Shown: positions 35,653 to 47,819 of the stretch, piece after piece
Layout: each line of letters opens with the position of its first letter
Numbering within the stretch: position 1 is the first letter of the stretch
Source of the DNA: Nemertoderma westbladi
Lineage: Eukaryota; Animalia; Xenacoelomorpha
Direction of reading: 5' to 3'
Assembly: GCA_032718475.1 (NCBI GenBank)
Contig: JAUCBJ010004177.1
Span: 1 to 64,000, forward strand
Length of the DNA stretch: 64,000 nucleotides
Translations under genes and position numbers: made by a program
The notes under the pieces: generated by a model
The model's input: only the letters and a program-made list of their open reading frames with translations
Databases searched by the model: none
What the model was told of the DNA's origin: nothing

Positions 35653-38583
35653 GACAGTCTGAGTACGTTATAAAATATAAATTTAATAAAATATAATTAT
35701 AAAATATAATTTTAAATCAATAAACCAGTAGATACCGGTCCGCCGGTACAGCAGTAAAATGTTAGGGTAAACTGGGGTGAAGTGAGTTGCAGTCAGATCT
35801 CAGTTCTTTGAATACCAGAATATAATAACAGCCCACAAGGAATCAGCTAAGAGCCATATACCCCAGAAACCCAAACGAAAACAGTATGTGCCATGGCAAA
35901 ACTCTGAGGTTACTTGTAAGAGAGAAGATCTTAAGATAGCCTACAAAGTTAAAACCGAACAACCAACAACCGAAAACATTAATAAGATTGAGAAAGCTAA
36001 GGACGATCTTAAATTGGCCTACAACATCAGCCAGGAAAAGTACATACAGGATAAAACTGAAGCAATTACAACTGCTCACATACAGCAACAATCAAGACTT
36101 ACCTGGCAAACTGTAAATGAGGTATCTGGTCGGAAAAGTTCTGCAAAGGGGCGCCTCAAAGCCGATAGTCCTGAAGAACGTGTTGGGAAGTGGAAAAATC
36201 ACTTCAACAACTTGCTTGGGCAGCCACCAAACATCGAGGTCAGCCCTACAAGGAAAATATATGACAAGACACTACTTATAGAAACAGGGGACTTCACACC
36301 TGCCGAACTCCAAAGAAACATTAAAAGCATGTCCAATAATAAAGCTAGTGGATTAGATGAAATCCCAGCGGAAGTATGGAAAACCGGAGTGCTAAACAGA
36401 ACATTATTGAATGTTTGCAACCGGATGTTAAAAGGGGAAAAGCCACCACCAATTTGGACTAAAGGTCAACTAAAGCCTCTCCCCAAGAAAGGAGACCTCG
36501 GCATACCAACAAACTATCGTGGGATCTGTCTGCTTGTGGTAGCTGCCAAAATATACAATAAAATGATTCTACACAGGATTAGGCCTCACATAGAGAAACT
36601 ACTGCGTAAGAGCCAAAACGGATTTCGACCAAGTAGATCAACAATAGCTGAGATACTTGCACTACGGAGACTGATTGAAGGAATTAAGTCAAAGAATCTC
36701 CCCGCAGTCATGACGTTTGTGGACTTCAAGAAGGCATTCGACTCCATCCATAGAGGTAAAATGCTTGAAATCCTAAGAGCTTATGGAATACCAGAAGTAA
36801 TTGTTGCAGGCATTGGATTGTTATATTGTGATACAGAAGCGCAGGTACTCTCACCAGATGGTGAAACTGAGTTTTTCTCAATCCTGGCGGCGTACTGCAA
36901 GGTGACACATTAGCACCATTACTATTTGTAATTGTGCTGGAATACGCAATGAGGACGGCCACAAAGGGTGAAGATCTGGGATTCACACTTCAAGAACGCA
37001 GAAGTAGTAGATATACGGCAACTACAGTCACAGACACCGACTTTGCGGATGACATCGCCCTGCTCTCTAATACGCTAGCAGATGCACAGCTTCTACTAAA
37101 TACAGTGGAGAGGGCTGCTAAGGAGGTTGGATTGCATATAAATGCTACAAAGACCGAATTCATGACCTTTAATGTTGATGGAAACTTGACAACCATTGAT
37201 AATAATCAACTAAGGAAGGTCGATGATTTCCAGTACCTTGGATCATGGATAGAGAGTAGCAAAAAGGACATAGAAATTAGGAAAGCAAAGGCTTGGGTAG
37301 CTCAATCAAAAATGGATACCATCTGGAAATCAGATCTCTCCAGGCACCTGAAGACTAAGTTCTTTCGAGCCACAGTGGAAAGTGTATTTATATACGGGGG
37401 TGAGACCTGGACACTCACTAAATCACTTGAACAACGAATTGATGGTTGCTACACAATACTACTAAGGGCAGCCCTAAACATCAGCTGGAGACAACACATG
37501 ACAAACGCCGAGCTTTATGGTACAATACCACCTGTATCAACCACCCTCCATGAACGCAGATTAAGATTCAGTGGGCACTGCTGGCGAAGTAAAGACGAGG
37601 TCATACCAGATCTACTTCTCTGGCAACCAACTCATGGGAAGCGTAGTCGTGGACGACCGGCCATAACATATATAGATCAACTTGAAAGGGATACTGAACC
37701 TGGGAGAAACGAAATTGCGACAACTATGGAGAATCAGGAAGCCTGGAAGGGTCTCATTTCTACTGTTCGAGTTCGCTCGACCTAGTAGTAGTAGTAGTTC
37801 ATATTACTATTTGTATAGAAAATGTTCCAGAACATGTTAGCTATTCATGTGAAGAAAAAATCACGTTCTAGAACGAATATTTTTGGTTCTGGAACATTTT
37901 CAGAAAAAATCTAGATTCTATTTCAAACGCATGGAATCGTTTTAAATCGTGTTTAAAAAATTTATTCACAATATATTTTTTTTTCACAATTTTTTTTATT
38001 GATTTCGAACACGTTTTAGAACGATTCCATGCGTTTTAAATAGAATCCAGATTTTTTACTAAAAAATGTTCTAGAACAAAAAATACTTATTCTAGAACAT
38101 AGCTTTTATAAAAATGAATAGCTAACATGTTCTGGAACAATTTCTATACAAATAGTAATAAGAACTAGCTACTACAAAATAATTATAGAGGGAAGTAGGA
38201 TGTCGGAACCAGTGTTGAAATTACTAGCTAAACCTATCTAAATCACTAGCTACCATAAAATTTAGTATCTTGCTTAGCGAAGAGACTTCAATTACGTCCG
38301 TTGACCAAATTGCAGCAAATGAAAATTTATAGAACTCTCCCCACATCAAAATATCATAATAATGTAAAAAAAAACTGGCCTCTTTTTTGAAGGCCAAATC
38401 GACAACATGTTAGGCCGTATATATAGTAGGCCATGCTACTACTACCTACTAAAGACGAAATCAATTTCCAATATTGGTTTATGTAGTTTAGCGGCTCTCT
38501 AGTTACGAAATAAATATTCGAGAACATTAAATTATTTAACATTGAGTAAGGCAGCATCAGGAGTTGAAGAGTACAATAATATG

Positions 38584-39410
38584 AATCGCAGTAACTATGG
38601 GAGCAATGTAGTAAAATACAGTAGGCCGGCCTACTACAGTTCAATCGCAGTAACTATGGGAGCAATATAGTAAAATACAGTAGGCCGGCCTACTACAGTT
38701 CAATCGCAGTAACTATGGAAGTAATATAGTAAAATACAGTAGGCCGGCCTACTACAGTTCAATCGCAGTAACTATGGAAGTAATATAGTAAAATACAGTA
38801 GGCCGGCCTACTACAGTTCAATCGCAGTAACTATGGAAGTAATATAGTAAAATACAGTAGGCCGGCCTACTACAGTTCAATCGCAGTAACTATGGAAGTA
38901 ATATAGTAAAATACAGTAGGCCGGCCTACTACAGTTCAATCGCAGTAACTATGGAAGTAATATAGTAAAATACAGTAGGCCGGCCTACTACAGTTCAATC
39001 GCAGTAACTATGGAAGTAATATAGTAAAATACAGTAGGCCGGCCTACTACAGTTCAATCGCAGTAACTATGGAAGTAATATAGTAAAATACAGTAGGCCG
39101 GCCTACTACAGTTCAATCGCAGTAACTATGGAAGTAATATAGTAAAATACAGTAGGCCGGCCTACTACAGTTCAATCGCAGTAACTATGGAAGCAATATA
39201 GTAAAATACAGTAGGCCGGCCTACTACAGTTCAATCGCAGTAACTATGGAAGCAATATAGTAAAATACAGTAGGCCGGCCTACTACAGTTCAATCGCAGT
39301 AACTATGGAAGTAATATAGTAAAATACAGTAGGCCGGCCTACTACAGTTCAATCGCAGTAACTATGGAAGTAATATAGTAAAATACAGTAGGCCCGGCTA
39401 CTGCAGTTCA
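38584..39410. repeat. 59-bp tandem array (~14 copies)
   Basis: Unit AATCGCAGTAACTATGGAAGTAATATAGTAAAATACAGTAGGCCGGCCTACTACAGTTC, containing the palindrome AGTAGGCCGGCCTACT. Confidence 0.97.
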
Positions 39411-39423
39411 ATTTATTTTGTAA

Positions 39424-39774
39424 AGGCCCGTTTTCGCGCTGCTTTTTTTTGAGCTTTATTTCAAGCTTTTTTTAGTTAAAACAATTTCTAGAAATTAATT
39501 GCTTCAAGATGAATCTGAGAATTTTCGAATGCTAAAACCTAAAATATAGAATAAAGCTCCAAAAAAGCTTGAAAAAAAGCTAAAAAAAAAGCTGGGCGAA
39601 TATAATAATTATCTACTTCTAGAACATTCATATTACATCTTAATTTTAACTGAACGTTAGAAAAGACATATCAAGCTTGAAAAAATGCTAGAAAAAAAGC
39701 TAGAAAAACAGCTAAAAAAAAGATAAAAAAAAGCTCAGAATACTCACATAAAAAAGCAGCGCAGAAATGGGCCT
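39424..39774. mobile_element. MITE, possibly PIF/Harbinger-like
   Basis: TIRs AGGCCCGTTTTCGCGCTGCTTTTT / AAAAAGCAGCGCAGAAATGGGCCT with TA-rich flanks (TAA / TAT). A related fragment lies at ~29300-29390. Confidence 0.65.
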
Positions 39775-39907
39775 TATCACTCTATATCGCTCTAAGTTTT
39801 ATTAAATAATTAAGCAACAAAATGTACCAATTTAAGAATAAAATTATGTATTATATGGGAAAAAAAGGAGAACATGTTTTTGCAATATTTTCTCGTCCCT
39901 TTATTAA

Positions 39908-40454
39908 TGCTTTGGAGCCTTTTTAGAACAAAAGGCACCAATAACCCAAAGGGCTTTTTTTGGGCCTTCTTGATATAAAAAGGCTCCAGGGCATTTCAAT
40001 CCAAATTTGTTTAGAAGAAGTATGGAGAAGGGTAATCTTAATAAGTGTACCAAATTTCAACTCATTTCAGTTAAAATAGGCGGAGAAATAGCCTTTTTCA
40101 TGAAAAAACGTCATTCTGAGATATATGGGTGTTTAAAGTTTAAGGAACAATTCAAACCTTCCCGCTATTTTAGATAATACCATTTTTATATTTTCAACAA
40201 TAATAACTTTGTCAAAAATGAACGAAATGCAACGAAATTTTTCATGCTTGCAAAACAGATAACTAGTAAAACAACGATTTAGAAATTTTAATCATATCTG
40301 GACCGTGAGAGCCTTTTTTATGAAAAAGCACCCGTACAGTTGTAAAATATAGTGCTGCTCGAAGGTTGTCAAAAATCAGACTAGCTCTTACGTTTTGGGT
40401 AATAATTTGAGTTTGAGAAAAGATATGAGAAATAACCCCCCCCCCCCCCCCCCC
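39908..40454. mobile_element. Probable truncated TTAA-type (Kolobok-like) element, right end only
   Basis: Ends in a C-run followed by TTAA (40455-40458), as at 7425. A TTAA is present at 39904-39907 but there is no matching left G-run. Confidence 0.4.
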
Positions 40455-40882
40455 TTAAAGTAAGCAAACACAGAAATGCAGAAATATACAGGGAACCTGT
40501 CTCTCCATGTAGAGGACGTCTAATATGCTTGGTGCACGAAAATATTGTTGACCTTCGAAATGGCATGTTTAAGTAAACATGGTAAGCCATTTTTGAAAAT
40601 CGGTTGTGATGATGGGCAACTACAGATTTGAAGTCACTACAAAGTGATCTGATAATTTCCTTTAAACTTTAAATTAGAATCTTGTTTTCTATGGATAGAG
40701 ATTTTCGATCCATAGAAATACACATTAAATCTCAACCATTTCACAACTGGCTTATATCAATTGAAAGCACAGAGTCTTCTGCGTCTTTTGGCACTATAAT
40801 TAATTAAATCCATGATGAGGAACATTGATAAACTGTTTCCAGACACCAATGTGTGCTTAGAAGGTTTGAAAAATTAATTTAA

Positions 40883-42294
40883 CCCTTTGCGTACCAAAGA
40901 TAAATTACATAAATTTTTACTTCCAACGACCAAGAAAAATATATCTGTTGGGACCAAGGTTTATTTTCTTGTCGTACCAGAGATTTTTATTTAAATAGGA
41001 CAACGATATTAATAATTATCCTTTTCTCAAAGGCGACACACTGCCGTCTTTAACCATTTTTTCGAGAAAGACCAAAATTTTGACAGTTAACTTTGAAAGT
41101 CCTCAGCAAGTCTCTGATCGGATGAGCCTAAGCTCAAAAATGGTATGCTTGAGCATGTGGATGACTTCTGTTACCTGGGATCATGGATCCGGAAGTCAGG
41201 TGAGGACCTTCGAATACGTAAGGGAAAGGCATGGGCAGCCTTGAATAGGCTTTCCAGGATTTGGAAGTCGCCGAGAATTAATCGGAAACTTAAGGTCCGA
41301 TTATTTAGAGCAGCAGTAGTTCCAGTACTCCTCTATGGGAGTCCATGCTGGGCTCTAACTGCTGAGGACACCAAATCTCTGGATGGCACATTCACAAGAA
41401 TGCTACGCCGGGTTCATTGTGTCAAGTACAATGCACACATCTCCAACCAGACACTATATAACATTGGAGGTGTCTCATTGGTTCCCCCAAGCTTGACACT
41501 GGAACAAAATCGCCTCCGCTTTGCAGGACATTGCTTTCGCCGTGAGGACCAGCCAGTGCATAATCTTGTACTTTGGCAGCCTCATGGAGTGAATAAGCAT
41601 GGTGGACAGCCCATGACTTTCTTGAGACGCATCTTAAAGGACACTGGCCTTAAAGATGCGGATGATCTAGCAAATGTCAAGGGTGATAGGGAGTTGTGGC
41701 GGTGCAATTTTGTTGACAAGCCGGCACAGCATTCTTAAAAATGCAGCTGCAATGCAGCATGCCGATCCTAGTAGTAACCATTTTTTAAATTTTCAAATCT
41801 TTAATTTGAACCCCATGGGAGGCAAACTGCCGCCTTAAAAATTTGTAACAAAATTATTGGCTAAATTGAAATTAAATTGCATAAATTATGCAATTTAAAA
41901 TACCCTCAAACCAATAGGAATCCCTTCAAGCAATCCCTTCAAGCCCTTCCCTATGAAATTAACTTTTCCTGCCCAATACGAATACAGTATAAACTCCATT
42001 TTTCCGCCCCAATAGTTATAAGAGGTTTTAAATAAAGGCGGCACCCTGCCGCCCTGGAGGTCAGGATAATATATGTAAAGGCAGCACTTGGGGGTTAAGT
42101 TATAATTTATAAATATGTAATATTATGGTTTTGTTCAGAAATGGAAAAAATGAGAAAGTGCGTGACCGGATTGGACAGGCAGTCTTAAGTTGCATATCCT
42201 ATAATTTATAAAGGCGGCACACTACCTCCTTTATGAGCATTCCTGAATTATTTAGAATGAAAAAGGCGGTAGTGTTGGCACAGTACGCAAAGGG
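40883..42294. mobile_element. Non-autonomous piggyBac-like element
   Basis: TTAA|CCCTTTGCGTAC ... GTACGCAAAGGG|TTAA, with internal AAGGCGGCA..CTGCCGCC palindromic motifs. Confidence 0.9.
41063..41774 (+). mobile_element. 5'-truncated RTE LINE nested in the piggyBac-like element
   Basis: 12-bp TSD TAACCATTTTTT (41051-41062 / 41775-41786). ORF EKTKILTVNF..VDDFCYLGS..RLRFAGH. Short TAG tail. Confidence 0.93.
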
Positions 42295-42335
42295 TTAATT
42301 TCATTTAAAACATTAAGGGTAACGGATAGGTTACA

Positions 42336-43690
42336 TTGGCGACTTTTTATAACCAAAACACTTCCCCACTTTTGTACGTGACGGGAAGCGATATTCGACA
42401 GAACTTTATCCAAAGTAGAACATGATGACATCGTATCACGGAGAACAGTGCAGGATTTGAAGTATTCGGGACGGGTTGCATTCAGTTTACTTTCGATTTT
42501 TCCTTAGATTTGGAACTGGTGAGCTCCAATAGAGGGGGTAGTTTAACCAAAGTACATTTTAAGGATTTATTAAAGAAGCTCCCCACTCACAGTAACAGGA
42601 CGCGAGAGGGCATGGTGAAAGTACAATCGTGCAGATTTGTAAATTTGACCTCATCCAAGACCGAGAACCGGAACGCACACGACAGGTTTCTTACATACTG
42701 CTGGGTGTTGGGATATAATGAGGCATTACTCGAGAAAGCCCGACGTTGGGACCCAAGGGCACATTTTGACCAAAGCTTTAGGACATACCACTGTGACACG
42801 GCAGACAAGCACAGGCGAAGACAGTCTGCGGCGTCGGCCCGCACCTCAGATAGAGCCTATGTGCCACCGCTGTGGCAAACCACATTGTAAGACATGCCCC
42901 TCCATGGCCGATAAGGTACAGACCCCCTGGGGGATCAAAATCACCAGAACGTACGACTGCACCACCCACAACGTGTTGATCTACTAACATGTTCCACCCA
43001 CCAAGACAACAACTACATAGGATAAACTCACTAAGCACAGATCTGCTATCTGGAGTTTCAGGAAGGAGCTAGTCCCAGAACTGACAAACATCCCTGAGTA
43101 TGTGCAACTCCAACATTTCCTCACATGCTCGATTGACAACCTGAGGATTACATCATTTTCGCAAGTTCTAAACGGAAATAGACGCTGGAAATAGACAGGA
43201 TACATGCTTAATCCGTGTACATTAACAGACACAGACAGCCCTTCTTGGAACAAAAATATATCCCGCCATGTAACCCAGGGACACCAGCCCTGCAATTGAG
43301 TAAACTAAAACAACAATTGACACAGTTGACTAAACTAAAATATGCTAAAATATAATGATAAAAAACTATTTACAGATAGAATATCTTTGTATATCGCAAA
43401 CGTATCGAAACCATTCATCATCCGTGTCGATGCTAGCAATAAAGCGATTGGAGCAGTTTTAAGCCAAGAAAAAAATTCTGAAGAAATCCTGGTCTATTTT
43501 GCAAGTAGAACGCTCCATGGTTCGGAATTAAATTGGTCAAACACTGATAAGGAATTTTACAGCCTGCACAAGGCTGTAAGAAAGTTTGAAAGTTATATTA
43601 AGGGTCAAGAAACTACGATCTTCACAGATCATAAGCCCGTGATCGGTTTACTCGACAAAAAGGTTGGAAACAACCAACATCAAACTTATT
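42336..43690 (+). pseudogene. Decayed Ty3/Gypsy LTR retrotransposon fragment (PBS-like start, gag remnant, RNase H)
   Basis: ..ACA|TTGGCGAC PBS-like junction at 42335. CHRCGKPH knuckle remnant. RNase H motifs DASNKAIGAVLSQ, FASR, KEF and TDHKP in 43342-43690. Confidence 0.75.
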
Positions 43691-43698
43691 TTAAGTTG

Positions 43699-46220
43699 CA
43701 CGCACTAAAAATTGGTCCCACTGTAACATCACACAAAATTAATCCTTTGTCACAAAGTGTTTCTATACCCTCCTCCAACTTAGCGGCTAGTTCCTCTGCC
43801 CATTTGTGTTCACTCATCTTTTCTAAATTTTCAAAGTATAATTTTGTACATATATAGTATCTAATACACTAGAACTAATGTCACCCATCATGTTGGCTTC
43901 CTCCACCTCTCTCAACTTCAGATGGTAACTGTAGTAACTTCTCGAGAGTTTCTCTATCCAGGAGAGGGTTGCAGATGTCATCGTCATTGTTCTGGTAGAG
44001 TCCCTCTCTTCTAGCTCGTCATCGTCTTCGTTATCATTATCTCACTCCTCGACTCTCACTCCTCTCTAGCTTTACACTCCTTAACCCTATTAAACCCGGG
44101 GGGGGGGGGGGGGGAGGGGGTCAATATGACCCCCACGTGGTTTTTTTATTATAATTCTGAAACAAACGCAGTTGGGAATCTGAAATTTTATGACTTTTCC
44201 TAAAAATCTATTGTCTTCCTAGTAGTGAAAACCGTTTTCAAAAATATTGGGTACTTTTCGAGTTATAGCACCATTTTTTAACCCTACTTTTGGCACTTTT
44301 TTTGAGACGTTTTTTGAAAATTACATTTCATTAAATATGAATTGTAACATCTCTATTTTTGATTTACACCGGTTTTTTGGTGTTAGAAATTTGATGGAAT
44401 TCATATAAATTGATTTAGAAATTTCAAACTTGTTTTTTTCGGTGGGTGCCAAATTTTGGTGCCAGCACCAAATTTTGAAATAAGTCAATTTTGTAAATTG
44501 ATCGTTTGAAACTTGTTTTTTACGCAATTGGGGTTTTTTGGGTTTCTGGATTCGATGAAATATATACGAGTTGCACCAAGCGTATCAAACTTGTATTTTT
44601 CGGTGCTGTGTGCAAATTTTGGTGCTAGCACGAAATTTTGAAAATCCATTCAATAGATAAAATTGCTTGTGACAATTTATTTCTTGCGTTTTAGAGGTTT
44701 ATGGCTGTTCTGAATTCAATGGAAAATATAATTATCGAACTAGACATCTCAAACTTGTATTTTTCGGATGTGGGTGCAAAATGTGGTGCTAGCACCAAAT
44801 TTTGAAAACCATCAAATATATCAATTGATTGTGTCACCTTGTTTCTTGCGTTATACGGGTTTGTGATGGTTCTGAATTCAATGGAATCAGTAAAAATTTC
44901 ATAAGAGCTCTCAAACTTTTATTTTTCGCCGGTGGGTGAAAATTGTTGTGCCAGCACCAAATTTTGGAAAATATGCAAATTGATAAGTAGATAGTATCAC
45001 CTTGTTTCTTGCGTTGTACGGGTTTATGAGGGTCCTGAATCCGATGGACTCAATAAAAACAGCACTGGACATCGCAAACTTGTACTTTTTGGTGATGGGT
45101 ACGAAATTTGGTGCTAGCACCAAAATTTGCCAAATTACACCGAAAAAATACAAGTAGCAATGATCTGGCATATTAGAAATGTATTCCATTAGAATCAGCG
45201 CCCTCGAAAACCTGAAAATGTGAATTTATAGCATCGTATATGTGAATTAAAAATTTTGTGTTCTAACTGAAAAGTGCTGGTTACTTGTTTTTTTCATTTT
45301 TTTCCTACGCAGAGAGGACTAAACAGCCATTAATAGTAATCATATCATTTTTAATATTTTCCATGGTATTTTGCACCCCAGAAAACCTGTATTGAAAAAT
45401 AATTAGCCGAAAAATGTAACTTTCAAATTTGGTGAAAATTGTGCACTACTTGTAATTTTGGTGCTGCAATATAACCACCCCAGTACATTTTTTCGAAAAT
45501 TTTTTTTTTCGGTCGGATCCAGACAAGTGATACCTACGTACAAACAAAAAATCAGACGTTTTCGTAAATATTTGTAGATTTTAGAGGGGGGGGGGGGGGG
45601 GGGGGGGGTCAATATGACCCCCCCTCCGGTATTTGTACAACATTTTATAGCCCGGTACTAATAGGGATAAGCTCTTTGGATCTCATCCTCCTCTGTTTTC
45701 ACGCATCTCACGCTTTTGTCTGTGGCCCCTCTTGCTAGCAATGATATCGTGGATCTCACAGAGATACTGCTACTTGCCCCTTTAGCCTGACTTAATCCTG
45801 CCAATGCCACAGAATCATTGGGATTTTCATCTTCCAGATGCGTGTCATTGACTTCCCACTCTCCATATTAGTGTAAGTTATGCGCACTAAAATTGGTCCC
45901 ACTGTAACATCACACAAAATTAATCCTCTGTCACAAAGTGTTTCTATACCCTCCTCCAACTTAGCAGCTAGTTCTTCTGCACATTTGTGTTCACTCATCT
46001 TTTCTAAATGTTCAAAGTATAAATTTGTAATATATAGATTATCTAATACACTAGAACAAATGTCATAATCTTGTTGGCTTCCTCCACCTCTCTCAACTTC
46101 TGATGGTAACTGTAGTAACTTACCGAGAGTCACTCTATCTCGGAGAGGATTGACAATATCACCATGATCATTCTGGTAGAGTCCCTCTCTTATGTTCTCA
46201 TTATTGTCATCATCATTGTC
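43699..46220 (-). repeat. Two direct copies of a ~330-bp coding-like segment (43699-44030 and 45883-46215)
   Basis: Both encode KLLQLPSEVERGGGSQ..EHK(C/W)AEELAAKLEEGIETLCD(R/K)GLILCDVTVGPIL on the minus strand. Confidence 0.8.
44085..45666. mobile_element. Non-autonomous piggyBac-like element with an internal ~162-bp tandem repeat
   Basis: TTAA|CCCTATTAAACCCGG ... CCGGTACTAATAGGG|ATAA. GGGGTCAATATGACCCC palindrome near both ends. Five units start at ~44424, 44585, 44749, 44911 and 45074, each with a TTTTGGTGC(T/C)AGCACCAAA palindrome. Confidence 0.82.
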
Positions 46221-46892
46221 ACCATCTCTAGATCAGGACCATGTTGACTGTTGAGTTTGATTGGGTTTGGCCAGCCTGAAATTCATGGGATGTTTGTGGA
46301 TTGTCAGGGTTTGGCATTCAATCATGGCTCATTCCTCCTTTGACTGTCACCTCCAGGACATTGGTTTCCTCCTGAATCACCCCTTGGTTTCCTCCTGGAT
46401 CGCCCCTTGAGATTCTTGTACTGCTGCTCCCTAGAGTGGCGGCTCCGATGTCAAACTTCCAGCCAGGGTACCAGTATGCGTAGCGTCTGGAGTTTACCTC
46501 CAGTACGCCCCCTGCAGGTTTTCTTCAAAGTCATATCGGATTTCTTTGTTGGTTGATTTCTCCTCACCGAAAGTTACTACTGTTATGGGATCTAGGGCAG
46601 TAGACGTAGTGTGAGTTGCTCTCATAGCAGATTAGGTGTAACTAATCACTTACCAAAAATATTGATGATATCATACTTATTAAGTGTAAACAGAACATAT
46701 AATAATTCTACCAAGGGGTAGAATAAATAAACGATTGCACAGAAGAATTACAATGAGAATGGCGACTGGAGACTGACTGATTGGCTCGGTGGGGACAAGA
46801 ATAGAGATTAAGAGACTAGGTGGTGGTAAAGAAGGATAGACGGAGTGGTGACGGAGTGAAGGAGGTTTCAGATAAGGAAGACCTCATCCAAG

Positions 46893-47415
46893 CTAGCTAG
46901 CCTGACTGGGGAGGGTGCCAAGAACTGCTACTGCATTCCCTCGGATGGTGGCTATTGAAAGGCGTTGAAACAGGTATGCAGTGGAACGGGGTTCCCCTGT
47001 CCGATTGCTGATCCTGTGCCCTATTTCGCGAAGTGTTTCAGTACCTTCGACTCCTAATGGTCCCAGGGTTTCTGTCACAATGGTACGGAATATAGTCGTG
47101 TTGCAGGGCGGCATACTTAGTGCCTTTGGTTGATTCGGCGATGGTTGCTGCTGTTCCAGCTTCCTGGGATGTGGCTGGTAGATACGTTTGGGCCAACGTA
47201 TCACGACATGTTTAGTCCCACACTAGTGGGCGGCCTGAAGACCAGGGGCCCAATGTCACTCCATCTGGTTTCTTGCCATCTATGGCTAGGCCGCGCGGCT
47301 CTAATGTGGAGGAATCGCCGACTCCTATGCGTAGCTCATCGTCGTTGAGCCTAAGTCCTAGCTCTGATACTGGGAGTGCCTGCAGCCAGTCGCCAGAATG
47401 ATCCGCACTAATCAC
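46893..47415 (-). pseudogene. CRE-type non-LTR retrotransposon 3' fragment (RLE domain)
   Basis: SGDWLQALP..LGLRL, EPRGL..DGKKPDGVTLGPW..G..LVWD, ETLGPLG and QRLSIA..RGNA..VLGT. Frameshifted, with the zinc-knuckle segment deleted. Confidence 0.85.
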
Positions 47416-47663
47416 TTTATGTAAAGGACTACCATTTCTCTCTTAGCAGGGCAGTAACACAATAATTGGGGAATGGCATAAGATTCTTCCCTGTAGTGTA
47501 TTTACTGGATAAGCAATATATATATGCACAATACATTTACTGTATGACATTATGATGGATTGCACAACCATGTGATCCTTCCTTGGTATGGCCGCTGGGC
47601 CCTATTGCTACCTTGACCTTTCTAAATGAATTGTAGTTCACTTTTTAATGCAACTTTAATGAA

Positions 47664-47817
47664 TGATTTTGTAATAAGTTGTTCAGAAATGGTAAAAATG
47701 AGAAAGTTCGTCACTGGGGGTTGAACCAGCGCTATAAATGTACGTATAGCACTGGATCAACCCCGTTGATGCGCTTTCTCATTTTTTCCATTTCTGAACA
47801 ATGTATTACAAAATCAA
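47664..47817. repeat. Short foldback/MITE
   Basis: TGATTTTGTAATA..TTGTTCAGAAATGGTAAAAATGAGAAAG is inverted at 47775-47817. A single arm also occurs at ~42130. Confidence 0.7.
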
Positions 47818-47819
47818 TG

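Larger units (their letters stand above)
31831..35811 (-). mobile_element. Full-length (~4.0 kb) RTE-X-like LINE with ORF1 and APE-RT ORF2
   Basis: 15-bp TSD ATACCAGAATATAAT (31816-31830 / 35812-35826). AT-rich (TTAA)n-like 3' end. ORF2 carries two frameshifts. Confidence 0.93.
31637..37794 (+). mobile_element. RTE-clade LINE, 5'-truncated at the end of the endonuclease domain and split by a nested LINE
   Basis: 11-bp TSD TAGTTCATATT (31626-31636 / 37795-37805). RT motifs NYRGICLL, QNGFR, FVDFKKAFDS, QGDTLAP (frameshift ~36895), FADD, YLGS and RLRFSGH. (TAG)n tail. Confidence 0.95.
31358..38435. mobile_element. Foldback DNA element (P-superfamily-like) carrying nested LINEs
   Basis: ~275-bp TIRs starting CATGGCCTACTATATATACGGCC (31358-31636 vs ~38155-38435). 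Flanks CTACTACAAC / CTACTACTAC form an imperfect duplication. Confidence 0.8.
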
